A DNA stretch of 64,000 bases from Guillardia theta CCMP2712 (GCF_000315625.1 NW_005434667.1:248707-312706), one strand, 5' to 3'; shown: positions 52,893 to 64,000, counted from the first letter of the stretch. Numbers and translations: made by a program. The notes: a model not told the origin generated them from the letters alone.

Positions 52893-53839
52893 CCTTGAAA
52901 ATTGTTCCAATCACTCGGCCGATCGGAACAGATTGAGTCCAAGAGACGCGCGACGACTCGCTCCTCAGTAGAGAAAACTTAGAGGAAAAACATCCATCTG
53001 GACATTCTCAGCTTTTAAGATCCTGACAGCTTTGTGAAAAAGTTGCGATACGATGAAACAAAGCCTGGAGCAGCCTCTGTTGAAAACATGAAATCAGATC
53101 CGAGAGATTCAATGTGCATAGGGAGAGTACAAGATAGCTTTTCTGTCGTCTGTGCAATTCGTATTCTAAACTCCTTCTAATTGACGCACCCATTGACTTA
53201 TCATCGTCAAATCTGACCATACCCCAGTTCTCTTCACTACCTGAAAATCAGCTCTGCTTGACAGCTAATTGTCCATGATTTCTCCGCATCGTTCCGATAC
53301 TTTCACAATCTCATTCTCTCACAACGTTGCTCAAGGTTGCCTCAGCGCTTCACGTAAAACATCGTATTCTGCCCTGTGCCACCTACACTCAATCTGCTTT
53401 TAGAAGGACATCCTTTTCGGATCTGATTGCATGTCAACAACCTGCCTTCATACCAAAACTTCTTACTCTATCATTGAGACACTATCGCTTTCCCACTAGC
53501 TGCCACTCGGTGTATACGATGCATAGCAGTGATCTCAGCTATCCTTTGGGAATGCTCAGCTCACTTGCTTCTTCGCACTTTCCATCACACTCAATGTCAT
53601 CGATCGCAGTAAGCTTGCTTCCTCGTTCTCACACTGGTGCATCATCGTCTACTGTACTGCAGATAGCTGCTCTTTCTACCGTGAGCAGCTCTTTCTCGTC
53701 TCTACACGAGTTTCCTGGAGCGATGTTGGGCATCTACTGCCAACCCCCGTCCTACAAGACCCATCGCGTCCAACCTCATCTCATTTCCTTTCTGTCCTCC
53801 GTCATCATCGCAATTCTAAAAGCATCTTCTGCTAAAACG

Positions 53840-54021
53840 CCTCCTCCTCCTCCTCCTCCTCCTCCTCCTCCTCCTCCTCCTCCTCCTCCTCCTCCTCCTC
53901 CTCCTCCTCCTCCTCCTCCTCCTCCTCCTCCTCCTCCTCCTCCTCCTCCTCCTCCTCCTCCTTCTCCTTCTCCTTCTCCTCCTCCTCCTCCTCCTCCTCC
54001 TCCTCCTTCTCCTCCTCCTCC
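53840..54021 (+). repeat. (CCT)n microsatellite
   Basis: Read directly. Confidence 0.95.
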
Positions 54022-54586
54022 TCTCTCGCTTCCCTCGCCCCCTCTTTCGCGCTCGCGGACATGCGAGCGGCAGGGAGGCCACGATGGGGGTAGGGTGGTA
54101 GGGTAGTAGGGTAGCTTGAAATTGTAAGGGTAGAATAGAAAAGTAAGGGTGGGGTAGTAATAGAGAGATTATCATATGCCATGGACCTTAGAAACAGGGG
54201 TGATCCCTCGAAGGGGGTAGTCTTTGTAGGGGTGATCATTGATGCACTTATGCTGGTGGGGGTTCAATGTTCAATGGGGGTAGTCAGAGGGGGGTGGTGC
54301 GGACTGGAGGGTACCAAGCTTGAGTTGCGAGCGCATGAGAAGATATCCCAGAATGTTTTTTTGTGTGAAAATTGAAATTTTAAGATAAATATTGAAATTA
54401 GAAGGTCAAATATGAATCTTAGTATCGCGACTAAATCGATTCAAATCATCATAGAATCCTGATCCGAGGCGAGCTCGAATCACTAGCCTCCACTTGAGTA
54501 ATAAATCTAAAGATATAAACGATGCACTGTGAGAGGAAAGGGAGAGAAGAGGAAGAGGAAGAGGAAGAGGCTCTCCTCTCCTCTCC

Positions 54587-54686
54587 NNNNNNNNNNNNNN
54601 NNNNNNNNNNNNNNNNNNNNNNNNNNNNNNNNNNNNNNNNNNNNNNNNNNNNNNNNNNNNNNNNNNNNNNNNNNNNNNNNNNNNNN
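54587..54686. other. Assembly gap (100 N)
   Basis: N run. Confidence 0.99.
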
Positions 54687-54890
54687 CCTACCTTACCCTA
54701 CCCTACCTTACCCTCTCCTGTCCAATCCCTGTCCACTCCCTCTCCACTCCCTCTCCACTCCCTCTCCACTCCGTCTCCTCTTCTTCTCCTCTGCTCTGCC
54801 GTCGCGCTCTGCTCTTGTTGTTTGTCCCCATGCTTCATTTCAGCTTTTTTCCATTTCTGAATGATTTGCTTGTTTGCTCAGGCTGCAGGC

Positions 54891-57140
54891 ATGAGTAACA
54901 GCGGTGGTTCTGTGGTAGCAGGTGAGGATGGATCATCCTCGTTTCCGTTCATTTGCTCACGCTCATGCCTCTCAGCGCTTCACTTTCTCTTCTGGGTACG
55001 TGCAGCTGCGGGCTGGGCTCGTTCGTTTGTGTTGAGCAGAGGAGCGCTGGGCCCGGTCATGAAGTTGGCTTCCTCCGCCCCCTCGACCTCTGCATCCTCT
55101 TCCCCACAATTATCCGAGAACTTCTGTTTGATCTGTGAGTGTCATAGCGAGTGTGCAGCAGTTGAAGAGCCTGCAGGCAATGGTGAGGAAGTTCCCTGCC
55201 GCCTCAACTCCGAGCAGCTCCTCAAGAGTCTCCCGCGAGGACCTTACACCACTGCGAGGACGCACATGCACAAATTCGTCTTCGAGTTCGAGTTTCACAA
55301 CAGGTTCGCATCCTCCGCATCCTCTTGTTGGCTCGTTTGTGCGCCTTGTGTCCTCTGTGTTCTCTTGCTTACTTCGAGTCTCCTGCATCGCCAAATGTTG
55401 ACAGATGGTTCTAGTCGCATCGCGGAGAGCACGCAACTGATGGTCCAAGCAGGTGGGATGAGTGGAGAGAGCGAGCGAGGATAGAGAGCTGGGAGGGGAG
55501 GGGAGGGGAGGGAGAGAGACTCGAGGAGATGACGAGTTGCAAGGATCTCTCTTGAAACCACGAGAATACGAGAAACTCATCGACCCTCAGCGATTGAGAC
55601 ACGAGTGAAACAACTCCCTTCCCTCCTCCTCCTCCCCCGACACCTTCATCTTCACCTCTACCAACACCCGCACCTCCCCCGCCTCCTCAAGCCATTCCAC
55701 CTCTTCCTCCTCCCCGTGCTCCTCCTCTTCCTTCTCCATGGCTCCCTTTCTCCTCTCACTCCTCTCTTGCCTGTACTTATTTCCTTGCCCCCACTTGCTG
55801 CTATGCTCCTGTAACTCCTTTACGACTGCTGCTCTCTTCGCCTCCTCTTCCTCTGCTTTCTCCTTCTGCTTTTCCGTCACATCCTGCTCATGTACCTGCC
55901 CCTCCTGCTTCTCCTCTGGCTGTTTTCTCCTCGTCTCGCGCCTTGCTGAGAAAGTTCAGGTACCTGAGCAATATCCGGGAGGCCGTGAGGCGATACCAGA
56001 AGCACAACGACAAGGAGGGCGAGATGAAGTTAACAACCCTACTCAATGGTGCCTCCCACACCCTCCTCGTCTTCCTGTCCATCTCCCTGACCGTCCCCGT
56101 CCCAACGTCCTTCGCTGCTCATGCTCTTTCCATCCCGCTGCTGATTGCTCAATGCAGTGGATGAACATGCAGATCACAAGTTGTACGTGCATGTTCAGGT
56201 AAAGCAGAGAATAGCAACAACACAGAGGAGGAGGAGGAGGAGGAGGAGGAGGAGGAAAGAAGGCAGCAAGAGGATTCAGAGGCGATGGAGGAGGGGTGGA
56301 ATTGTAAGAGAGTGCGAAGGCACTAGGGAAGCGGCCGGAACATCCAGTGAAGGTTCAGGTGATGGGAGCACCTCGTGAGAACGTAAAGCTCCTTCCTCGA
56401 GCGACCTTTGGTCACCCGCTGCTCAGGCACATGCAAAGGACTCGGGCTGGGTGACAAGCAGGCAGGTAAGAAAGAGGAGGGGGAGGAGGAGGATGGGTTA
56501 ATCGGTTGATTTCGCGTGGTCAGAGCCTGTGGGATGAGCGGAAGGATGAAGTTCACGAAGTGATTCTATGCAACGAGGAGGTGGACGGAAGGCAGAGAGC
56601 GATGGGGTGGAGGAGGACGAGAAAACCAGGGGGGAAGAGAAGATGCGAAGCGAGAAGGTGAAGGAGAAAGAAAGGAGGGCGTTGACAGCGGAAGCAGGGA
56701 AAACTCTTCGAGGGCCTCTCCTCCAACTTCTTCGTGCTCAAGAAGGACCAGGATGGGACACCCGTCCTCATCACAGCTCGTGAGCCCCTTCCCTCCCTCT
56801 CTCTCCTTCTTGTTCGCTTTTCCCTCCTCTCCTCGCCTACCCTCTTGCCTCCCTGTCCTCCCGTGACCTCATGAAGGTGATGGCGTCCTCCTCGGTACCG
56901 TCCGGTCCCTGGCCCTCAAGATGTGCGGCTCCTTGGGGATCAAGGTGGTGGAGGAAGCGCCGACCCTCCAGGTTCGCTGCGGATGGATAGAGGAGGAGGA
57001 GAAGCAGCAGCAGCAGCAGCAGCAGCAGGAGAAGGCAGACTGACTTGGGTGCTTAGGACCTCATGGAGAGCGAGGAAGTTTTCATTTCCAGCACGTCTCG
57101 TTGGGTTCTGCCAGTGGGAGAGGCACGAGATGAGAGCTGA
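54891..57140 (+). CDS. PLP-dependent class IV aminotransferase-like protein
   Basis: LPRGPYTTART, FEFEFH.RI, EGLSSNFFV, GVLLGTVR, EEVFISSTSRWVLPV; long low-complexity introns; ends approximate. Confidence 0.8.
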
Positions 57141-57525
57141 GCTGAAGCCGAGCTGAGAAATTTTCAGGTAATTCTGCCGGACCAGTCCGTCATGACACCA
57201 GCTTCGACCACCATCACCAACCAGGTCAGAGCTCAGCAGGAGCCCAGCTATGAAAGCGACTGATCGCAGCCCACAGCTCCTGGATCTGCTCTTGCAGCAT
57301 GTGCTCGAGAGCAGCACTGAGTTGTGACTCTACGAGCGAGGTTGAAGGAACAAGCAAAAAGAAGATGATGAGACGTGAAACGACCAGGCAGAGGACCCGC
57401 TGCCGTCTGCCGACTTGGTAATGAATCTTGAAAGTATGTCGATAGATTCAACAGAGGTTACAAACACTCCCTCAAGGATTTTCCGCATCGCTTCACTCAG
57501 ATGCTTGACTGTTATCTTCTGTTAT

Positions 57526-58020
57526 CCTGAGCGGGCGCAGCGGGCGCCGAGACCGAGACCGCCATTGACGGCGACGATGCCCAAGGACCCCGTCGCGGGG
57601 GAGCAAGCAGGCGAGCGCGGACCAGCCGCGAGCATCCCAGTGGCATCGAGCTCTCCGGAGGCATCAGACGTCACAGTGATGGACGGAGAGGCTTCGCCAG
57701 CTCCTCGACGGCCTTCAGCTCCACTCTTCGTCGGAGTCAGGCACTTTCTACCTTATGCAGGTTACTTTTGGTCTTGTTTTGTTGTGTGTGTTTGTGCAGC
57801 TTCTCGCTGTGCGCTGTGTGCATGCAGGTTTAGCTTGTTCCTGCTTTGTTCTGCTTGAGGAACTTTTTACCTTCTGCGAGTAAACATCCTCAGACTTATG
57901 CAAGTAAAACTCTGGCGTCGAGACCTCCGGCGAAAACTCGACAAAGTCCGAGGAGGAGGTTGTTGCACAGCCTCCATCTCTGCTCATTTTCCTGAGCGGG
58001 ACCCGAGCCACTCCCGCTCA
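57526..58020 (-). mobile_element. Older diverged retroelement fragment interrupted by antisense 3'-end fragments (~57742-57890)
   Basis: 57566-57740 and 57920-57960 resemble 60000-60270; the sequence between them is a diverged copy of the element 3' UTR in the opposite orientation. Confidence 0.7.
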
Positions 58021-58112
58021 GGGTGTTGCGCCGCAACCAGACCCTACAATGCCAGCCCACGCGGGAAGCCACACAAGCAGAGAGGGGCAAGCGGCACAGC
58101 AGGGGACGTGAA

Positions 58113-58193
58113 CTGTGCGCTGTGTGCCTGGAGGTTTAGCTTGTTCCTGCTTTGTTTTGCTTGAGGCACTTTTTACCTTCTGCCAGTAAATCC
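58113..58193 (+). mobile_element. 81-nt 3'-terminal fragment of the CRE-like element
   Basis: Ends in GCACTTTTTACCTTCTGCCAGTAAATCC. Confidence 0.85.
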
Positions 58194-58414
58194 GTCTCTT
58201 ACAGAGTGGCTCAGGTCTCGCTCAGGAAAATGAGCAAAGATGGTAGACTGCAAGACCCTATCCTGCGACTTGAGCGAGTGTGTCCTGCGGCTGTGCAAGG
58301 TGAGGATATCACGCTGCTGATCGGTCAGCGCAGCGCGAGCATGCACATGGCGAGGGAAGACGCGCATGACAAGAGGAGTCACATTGCGCTGCGCAGGCGG
58401 AGCAATAAAGTGCT

Positions 58415-58933
58415 CTTGGGCATTGCTGCGGCGTCGCCGCCGTCACGGGCGGCTACCACTGACTCGGCTACCGCTGACTCGGAGGCTAGCGAGGAGGACT
58501 ACCTCGAGCGGTACCGTGTTCCAGTGTCCAGCCTCCCTCCGTCCGCTGCCCCTGGCGGACCCCCGGGCAGCGCCGGCTCCTTGTCGGCGGCTGCCCTTTC
58601 TCCGTCCGCGGCCGCCCGCTTTGTGGCGGCAGCGGACGTCTCGACTGACAGTGGTCAGTCGGCTGCCTCCGGGTATCGCGTCTAAGGGATTTTATTCCTC
58701 CTGCATGCTCCTGCTGCTTGTTGCTTGATTGCCTGACCCTTCGGCTGCTTGTCTGCGCGGCTTCGCGCTTGGGCTGGCGCTGCCGCGTCTGGGTGCCAGC
58801 AGTGCTGGATCTTTTCGGGCTTGTGTTTTGTGTGTGATTGTGCAGCTTCTCGCTGTGGACTGTGTGCCTGGAGGTTTAGCTTGTTCCTGCTTTGTTTTGC
58901 TTGAGGCACTTTTTACCCTCTGCCAGTAAATCC
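58415..58933 (+). mobile_element. 5'-truncated CRE-like element copy on the plus strand
   Basis: Near reverse complement of 59480-60033; ends CCAGTAAATCC. Confidence 0.85.
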
Positions 58934-59476
58934 ACTATATGCATGAGACGAGTCGACGAGAGCGCGCAAACCAGGGATGTATCCACTATTGAGTGTACCA
59001 CAGATGCCGGGGGGCAATCATCAGGCATAGCAGCCGGGGCAGGTGGGATCGCCGCGCCATCTGCAGCCGGTGCAGGAGCCCTCACACGACGGTAGAGGAT
59101 CGCTCCAGCATTATGAACGAAGTCGTGCGCCTCAACGAAGAAGGTCGCCAGAGGATGTTTCTGGGCACGGAGAGATCTCGAGCAGTGAACGTCCAGGCTA
59201 TGAGGAGAGGGCAGCGTCCGGGACATTGGCTGGTCAGAGTACCAAGCGAGGAAGCGAGCGATAGCCGTATAGTAAACAGCGGGGTGTAGACCATCAGAGG
59301 GCGTGAACTTAACTCGTCNNNNNNNNNNNNNNNNNNNNNNNNNNNNNNNNNNNNNNNNNNNNNNNNNNNNNNNNNNNNNNNNNNNNNNNNNNNNNNNNNN
59401 NNNNNNNNNNNNNNNNNNTCTAGCAGGTCGGGATGCGCGGCGAGGTACTGCGAGGAAGGCCAGCGGTGGTGATAGC
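58934..59476 (-). mobile_element. Internal ORF fragments, probably the RT-to-zinc-knuckle linker of the element, flanking an assembly gap (59319-59418)
   Basis: Open frame GLHPAVYYTAIARFLAWY... and LSPPLAFLAVP, resembling linker motifs of CRE-clade ORFs; bounded by element 3' ends on both sides. Confidence 0.5.
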
Positions 59477-61516
59477 ATAGGATTTACTGGCAGAAGGTAA
59501 AAAGTGCCTCAAGCAAAACAAAGCAGGAACAAGCTAAACCTCCAGGCACACAGTCCACAGCGAGAAGCTGCACAATCACACACAAAACACAAGCCCGAAA
59601 AGATCCAGCACTGCTGGCACCCAGACGCGGCAGCGCCAGCCCAAGCGCGAAGCCGCGCAGACAAGCAGCCGAAGCCCATGCGCGAAGCCGCGCAGACAAG
59701 CAGCCTAAGGGTCAGGCAATCAAGCAACAGGCAGCAGGAGCATGCAGGAGGAATAACATCCCTTAGACGCGATACCCGGAGGCAGCCGACTGACCACTGT
59801 CAGTCGAGACGTCCGCTGCCGCCACAAAGCGGGCGGCCGCGGACGGAGAAAGGGCAGCCGCCGACAAGGAGCCGGCGCTGCCCGGGGGTCCGCCTGGGGC
59901 AGCGGACGGAGGGAGGCTGGACACAGGAACACGGTACCGCTCGAGGTAGTCCTCCTCGCTAGCCTCCGAGTCAGCGGTAGCCGAGTCAGTGGTAGCCGCC
60001 CGTGACGGCGGCGACGCCGCGGCAATGCCCAAGGACCGGCGTGACCCGACCGATGCCGGGGAGGAAGCAGGCGAGCTCGGACCAGCAGCAAGCACCCCAG
60101 GGGTGTCGAGCTCTCCGGAGGCACCCGACGTCACAGTGAGGGACGGAGACGCCTCCGAGTCGCCAGCTCCGCGCCGATCGTCGGCGCCACTCGACGTGTT
60201 TCCCCCATCGGAGTCGGAGACCTCCGGCGAAGACTCCTCCTCGGGCGACTCGACAAAGTCCGAGGAGGAGCTGTCCTCTGGCTCGAGAAGTGCTTGCGCC
60301 CGCAAGGGCGTCATGCGCCTCGCACCAGACAAGAGCGCCTCCAGCGTCAGCTGCATAGTGAGGCGCTGATAGGTGGCGGCGCGTTTGCGAGCCAGGACCT
60401 CAGCAGCAGGGCCGTCATCAGGCACGAAGTGCCGACCAAACGCCGAGCCGCATCCTCAAGAGGCATCGAGCGCTGAGCAATGATGTCCGCGAGATACCAG
60501 ATGAAGCGGAGGGTGTCAGGATGCAGGGTACCGTCCGTCGAGATGGCAAGAGGGATGAACGCTCGAGGAGGAGTAGTCATAGCATATGCAGCGCGATGTT
60601 TGCGAATCTTCTCAGACGCTGCAACATGGAGGGCGTCGAGGTTGACCTCCCCCCACTTGGTCAGGTCGGCAGAGCTACCAATGTAAGGGTGGACCAACGT
60701 CACGTCCGCCATCAAGCCCTCGTACTGCTCGGACCCTCGATCGCGGATTCCAGGGATGTGGATATCGCCCTTCATCTTGCGGCCATGAGGATGGGAGGGT
60801 ACCTGCCGTCGAGAACGAGGATCCCCCACTGTTTTCACTTTTTACCTTCTGCCAGTAAATCCTATACTGTATCGATGACACTCTGAAGACCAGCTTCGTT
60901 CAGCATCGACCGAATCGTACGAGTAAGGTTGTCATGCGCCGTGGGAAGCTTGGAGGATCGGCGTTTGCAGGTCTGGAGATGATGTGCAGCAACGGAGGGG
61001 TCGAGCTCGCGCTGACATCCATCACATTCCGTCGGACACTGCCGTGGTATTTCTCAAGCGCCAGGTGGACAGAGAGGTCAAAGAGACGAATCTGTGACTG
61101 GACCCACGGGAGAAACGGAGATGACCCCTGGAAGAAGAAGCGGAGCTTCTGAAGATGGCTCGCCCTCACCAGCGTCTTGAACATGAAGCCATGCTGGACG
61201 AGCCCGAGCTTCGAGAGCTCTTCGTTGAGGGTAGAAACCTTCGCTCGGAGCTGACTAGCATGAAATCCATCCGTGCCGATAGGCAGGCCGCCAAGTGTAA
61301 TCCCGCCAGTGACGACCTCGAAGTGAAGAAGTTGAGTCTTGAGACGGTGCTTAAGGCTCTTCTTCAGCTGCGAGAGATCAGGGTGTTGATGCCAGGAGGG
61401 GATGTAAACTTTCGACTCGCGAGGTTGAATCTCTAGCTTCAGATCAGCCAACATGTACTTCTTCATAGCGGACGTAGCTGCAACGGCATCCTCGAGTGGA
61501 CCGACAAGTACGATGT
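59477..61516 (-). mobile_element. CRE-like non-LTR retrotransposon, 5'-truncated and internally deleted (copy D)
   Basis: RT C-terminus IVLVGPLEDA..LKLEIQPRESKVY..GITLGGLPIG..F; CCHC knuckle CDGC-x10-HHLQTC then AHD; RLE KGDIHI..ADVTLVHP..AASEKIRKH..FIPLAISTDG; 3' end AGTAAATCCTAT. Confidence 0.88.
60833..60865 (+). mobile_element. 33-nt antisense insertion of the element's own 3' end, with 5-bp TSD (ACTGT)
   Basis: Empty site is present in copy B at 63077-63081. Confidence 0.93.
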
Positions 61517-61719
61517 ATAGGATTTACTGGCAGAAGGTAAAAAGTGCCTCAAGCAAAACAAAGCAGGAACAAGCTGAACCGGCAGGCACACAGTCCACAG
61601 CGAGAAGCGGCACAATCACACACAAAACACAAGCCCGAAAAGATCCAGCACTGCTGGCACCCAGACCGTCGGACGCGGCAGCGCCAGCCCAAGCGCGAAG
61701 CCGCGCAGACAAGCAGCCT
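61517..61719 (-). mobile_element. ~200-nt 3'-end-only copy (copy C)
   Basis: Matches 59477-59670. Confidence 0.9.
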
Positions 61720-61720
61720 T

Positions 61721-63593
61721 ATAGGATTTACTGGCAGAGGGTAAAAAGTGCCTCAAGCAAAACAAAGCAGGAACAAGCTGAACCGGCAGGCACACAGTCC
61801 ACAGCGAGAAGCTGCACAATCACACACAAAACACAAGCCCGAAAAGAACCAGCACTGCTGGCACCCAGACGCGGCAGCGCCAGCCCAAGCGCGAAGCCGC
61901 GCAGACAAGCAGCCGAAGGGTCAAGCAATCAAGCAACAAGCAGCAGGAGCAGCCTAAGGGTCAGGCAATCAAGCAACAAGCAGCAGGAGCATGCAGGAGG
62001 AATAAAATCCCTTACACGCGATACCCGGAGGCAGCCGACTGACCACTGTCAGTCGAGACGTCCGCTGCCGCCACAAAGCGGGCGGCCGCGGACGGAGAAA
62101 GGGCAGCCGCCGACAAGGAGCCGGCGCTGCCCGGGGGTCCGCCTGGGGCAGCGGACGGAGGGAGGCTGGACACAGGAACACGGTACCGCTCGAGGTAGTC
62201 CTCCTCGCTAGCCTCCGAGTCAGCGGTAGCCGAGTCAGTGGTAGCCGCCCGTGACGGCGGCGACGCCGCGGCAATGCCCAAGGACCGGCGTGACCCGACC
62301 GATGCCGGGGAGGAAGCAGGCGAGCTCGGACCAGCAGCAAGCACCCCAGGGGTGTCGAGCTCTCCGGAGGCACCCGACGTCACAGTGAGGGACGGAGACG
62401 CCTCCGAGTCGCCAGCTCCGCGCCGATCGTCGGCGCCACTCGACGTGTTTCCCCCATCGGAGTCGGAGACCTCCGGCGAAGACTCCTCCTCGGGCGACTC
62501 GACAAAGTCCGAGGAGGAGCTGTCCTCTGGCTCGAGAAGTGCTTGCGCCCGCAAGGGCGTCATGCGCCTCGCACCAGACAAGAGCGCCTCCAGCGTCAGC
62601 TGCATAGTGAGGCGCTGATAGGTGGCGGCGCGTTTGCGAGCCAGGACCTCAGCAGCAGGGCCGTCATCAGGCACGAAGTGCCGACCAAACGCCGAGCCGC
62701 ATCCTCAAGAGGCATCGAGCGCTGAGCAATGATGTCCGCGAGATACCAGATGAAGCGGAGGGTGTCAGGATGCAGGGTACCGTCCGTCGAGATGGCAAGA
62801 GGGATGAACGCTCGAGGAGGAGTAGTCATAGCATATGCAGCGCGATGTTTGCGAATCTTCTCAGACGCTGCAACATGGAGGGCGTCGAGGTTGACCTCCC
62901 CCCACTTGGTCAGGTCGGCAGAGCTACCAATGTAAGGGTGGACCAACGTCACGTCCGCCATCAAGCCCTCGTACTGCTCAGACCCTCGATCGCGGATTCC
63001 AGGGATGTGGATATCGCCCTTCATCTTGCGGCCATGAGGATGGGAGGGTACCTGCCGTCGAGAACGAGGATCCCCCACTGTATCGATGACACTCTGAAGA
63101 CCAGCTTCGTTCAGCATCGACCGAATCGTACGAGTAAGGTTGTCATGCGCCGTGGGAAGCTTGGAGGATCGGCGTTTGCAGGTCTGGAGATGATGTGCAG
63201 CAACGGAGGGGTCGAGCTCGCGCTGACATCCATCACATTCCGTCGGACACTGCCGTGGTATTTCTCAAGCGCCAGGTGGACAGAGAGGTCAAAGAGACGA
63301 ATCTGTGACTGGAAACGGAGATGACCCCTGGAAGAAGAAGCGGAGCTTCTGAAGATGGCTCGCCCTCACCAGCGTCTTGAACATGAAGCCATGCTGGACG
63401 AGCCCGAGCTTCGAGAGCTCTTCGTTGAGGGTAGAAACCTTCGCTCGGAGCTGACTAGCATGAAATCCATCCGTGCCGATAGGCAGGCCGCCAAGTGTAA
63501 TCCCGCCAGTGACGACCTCGAAGTGAAGAAGTTGAGTCTTGAGACGGTGCTTAAGGCTCTTCTTCAGCTGCGAGAGATCAGGGTGTTGATGCC
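61721..63593 (-). mobile_element. CRE-like element, 5'-truncated (copy B)
   Basis: Near-identical to copy D (the 220-aa ORF translates identically); lacks the 33-nt insert and has an 11-nt deletion near 63312. Confidence 0.9.
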
Positions 63594-63595
63594 TC

Positions 63596-64000
63596 TAGGA
63601 TTTACTGGCAGAAGATAAAAAGTGCCTCAAGCAAAACAAAGCAGGAACAAGCTGAACCGGCAGGCACACAGTCCACAGCGAGAAGCTGCACAATCACACA
63701 CAAAACACAAGCCCGAAAAGATCCAGCACTGCTGGCACCCAGACGCGGCAGCGCCAGCCCAAGCGAGAAGCCGCGCAGACAAGCAGCCTAAGGGTCAAGC
63801 AATCAGGAAACAAGCAGCAGGAGCATGCAGGAGGAATAACATCCCTTAGACGCGATACCCGGAGGCAGCCCGACTGACCACTGTCAGTCGAGACGTCCGC
63901 TGCCGCCACAAAGCGGGCGGCCGCGGACGGAGAAAGGGCAGCCGCCGACAAGGAGCCGGCGCTGCCCGGGGGTCCGCCAGGGGCAGCGGACGGATGGAGG
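63596..64000 (-). mobile_element. CRE-like element 3' portion running off the window (copy A)
   Basis: Starts TAGGATTTACTGGCAG on the + strand; matches 59478-59920. Confidence 0.9.

Noticed and set aside
53327-54239. Poly-P / poly-E / poly-R ORFs
   Set aside because: Produced by the (CCT)n tract.
58165-58193. Element terminus as an snRNA or SL RNA target fragment
   Set aside because: No match recognised to U1/U2/U5/U6 or rRNA by eye; an Rfam search would be decisive.
59477-63800. Repeated ~200-nt unit as a CRISPR array, LTR or TIR pair
   Set aside because: Spacing is irregular, one end is fixed and the other variable, and RT/RLE coding is attached; it behaves as a non-LTR 3' UTR.

Overview
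Gene-dense eukaryotic nuclear DNA with short GT-AG and GC-AG introns and many purine/pyrimidine microsatellites. The style resembles a cryptophyte alga such as Guillardia theta (inference only). 0.8-18 kb: one giant (~5,700 aa), almost intronless secreted-type protein with IPT/TIG repeats, cadherin-like repeats, LamG, EPTP, lactonase-type and Rax2-like propellers, broken by two frame changes. 18-57 kb: a single-domain voltage-gated channel (PH-like + EF-hand), FkbM methyltransferase, RFC3, DHHC palmitoyltransferase, OEP61-like TPR protein with an LRGG presequence, RTEL1, bZIP factor, mitochondrial-type OsmC, EDEM/GH47, PTGES2-like GST, AMPK gamma subunit and a class IV aminotransferase. Degenerate GGGTA/TACCC-rich patches sit in several promoter-side intergenic regions. 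57.5-64 kb, the most striking part: a pile-up of a CRE-like (restriction-like endonuclease) non-LTR retrotransposon. At least eight copies of a defined, non-polyadenylated 3' end (...CCAGTAAATCC(TAT)) are joined head-to-tail or inserted antisense into other copies, including a 33-nt self-insertion with a 5-bp target duplication. All product calls come from motif recognition by eye; no searches were run.
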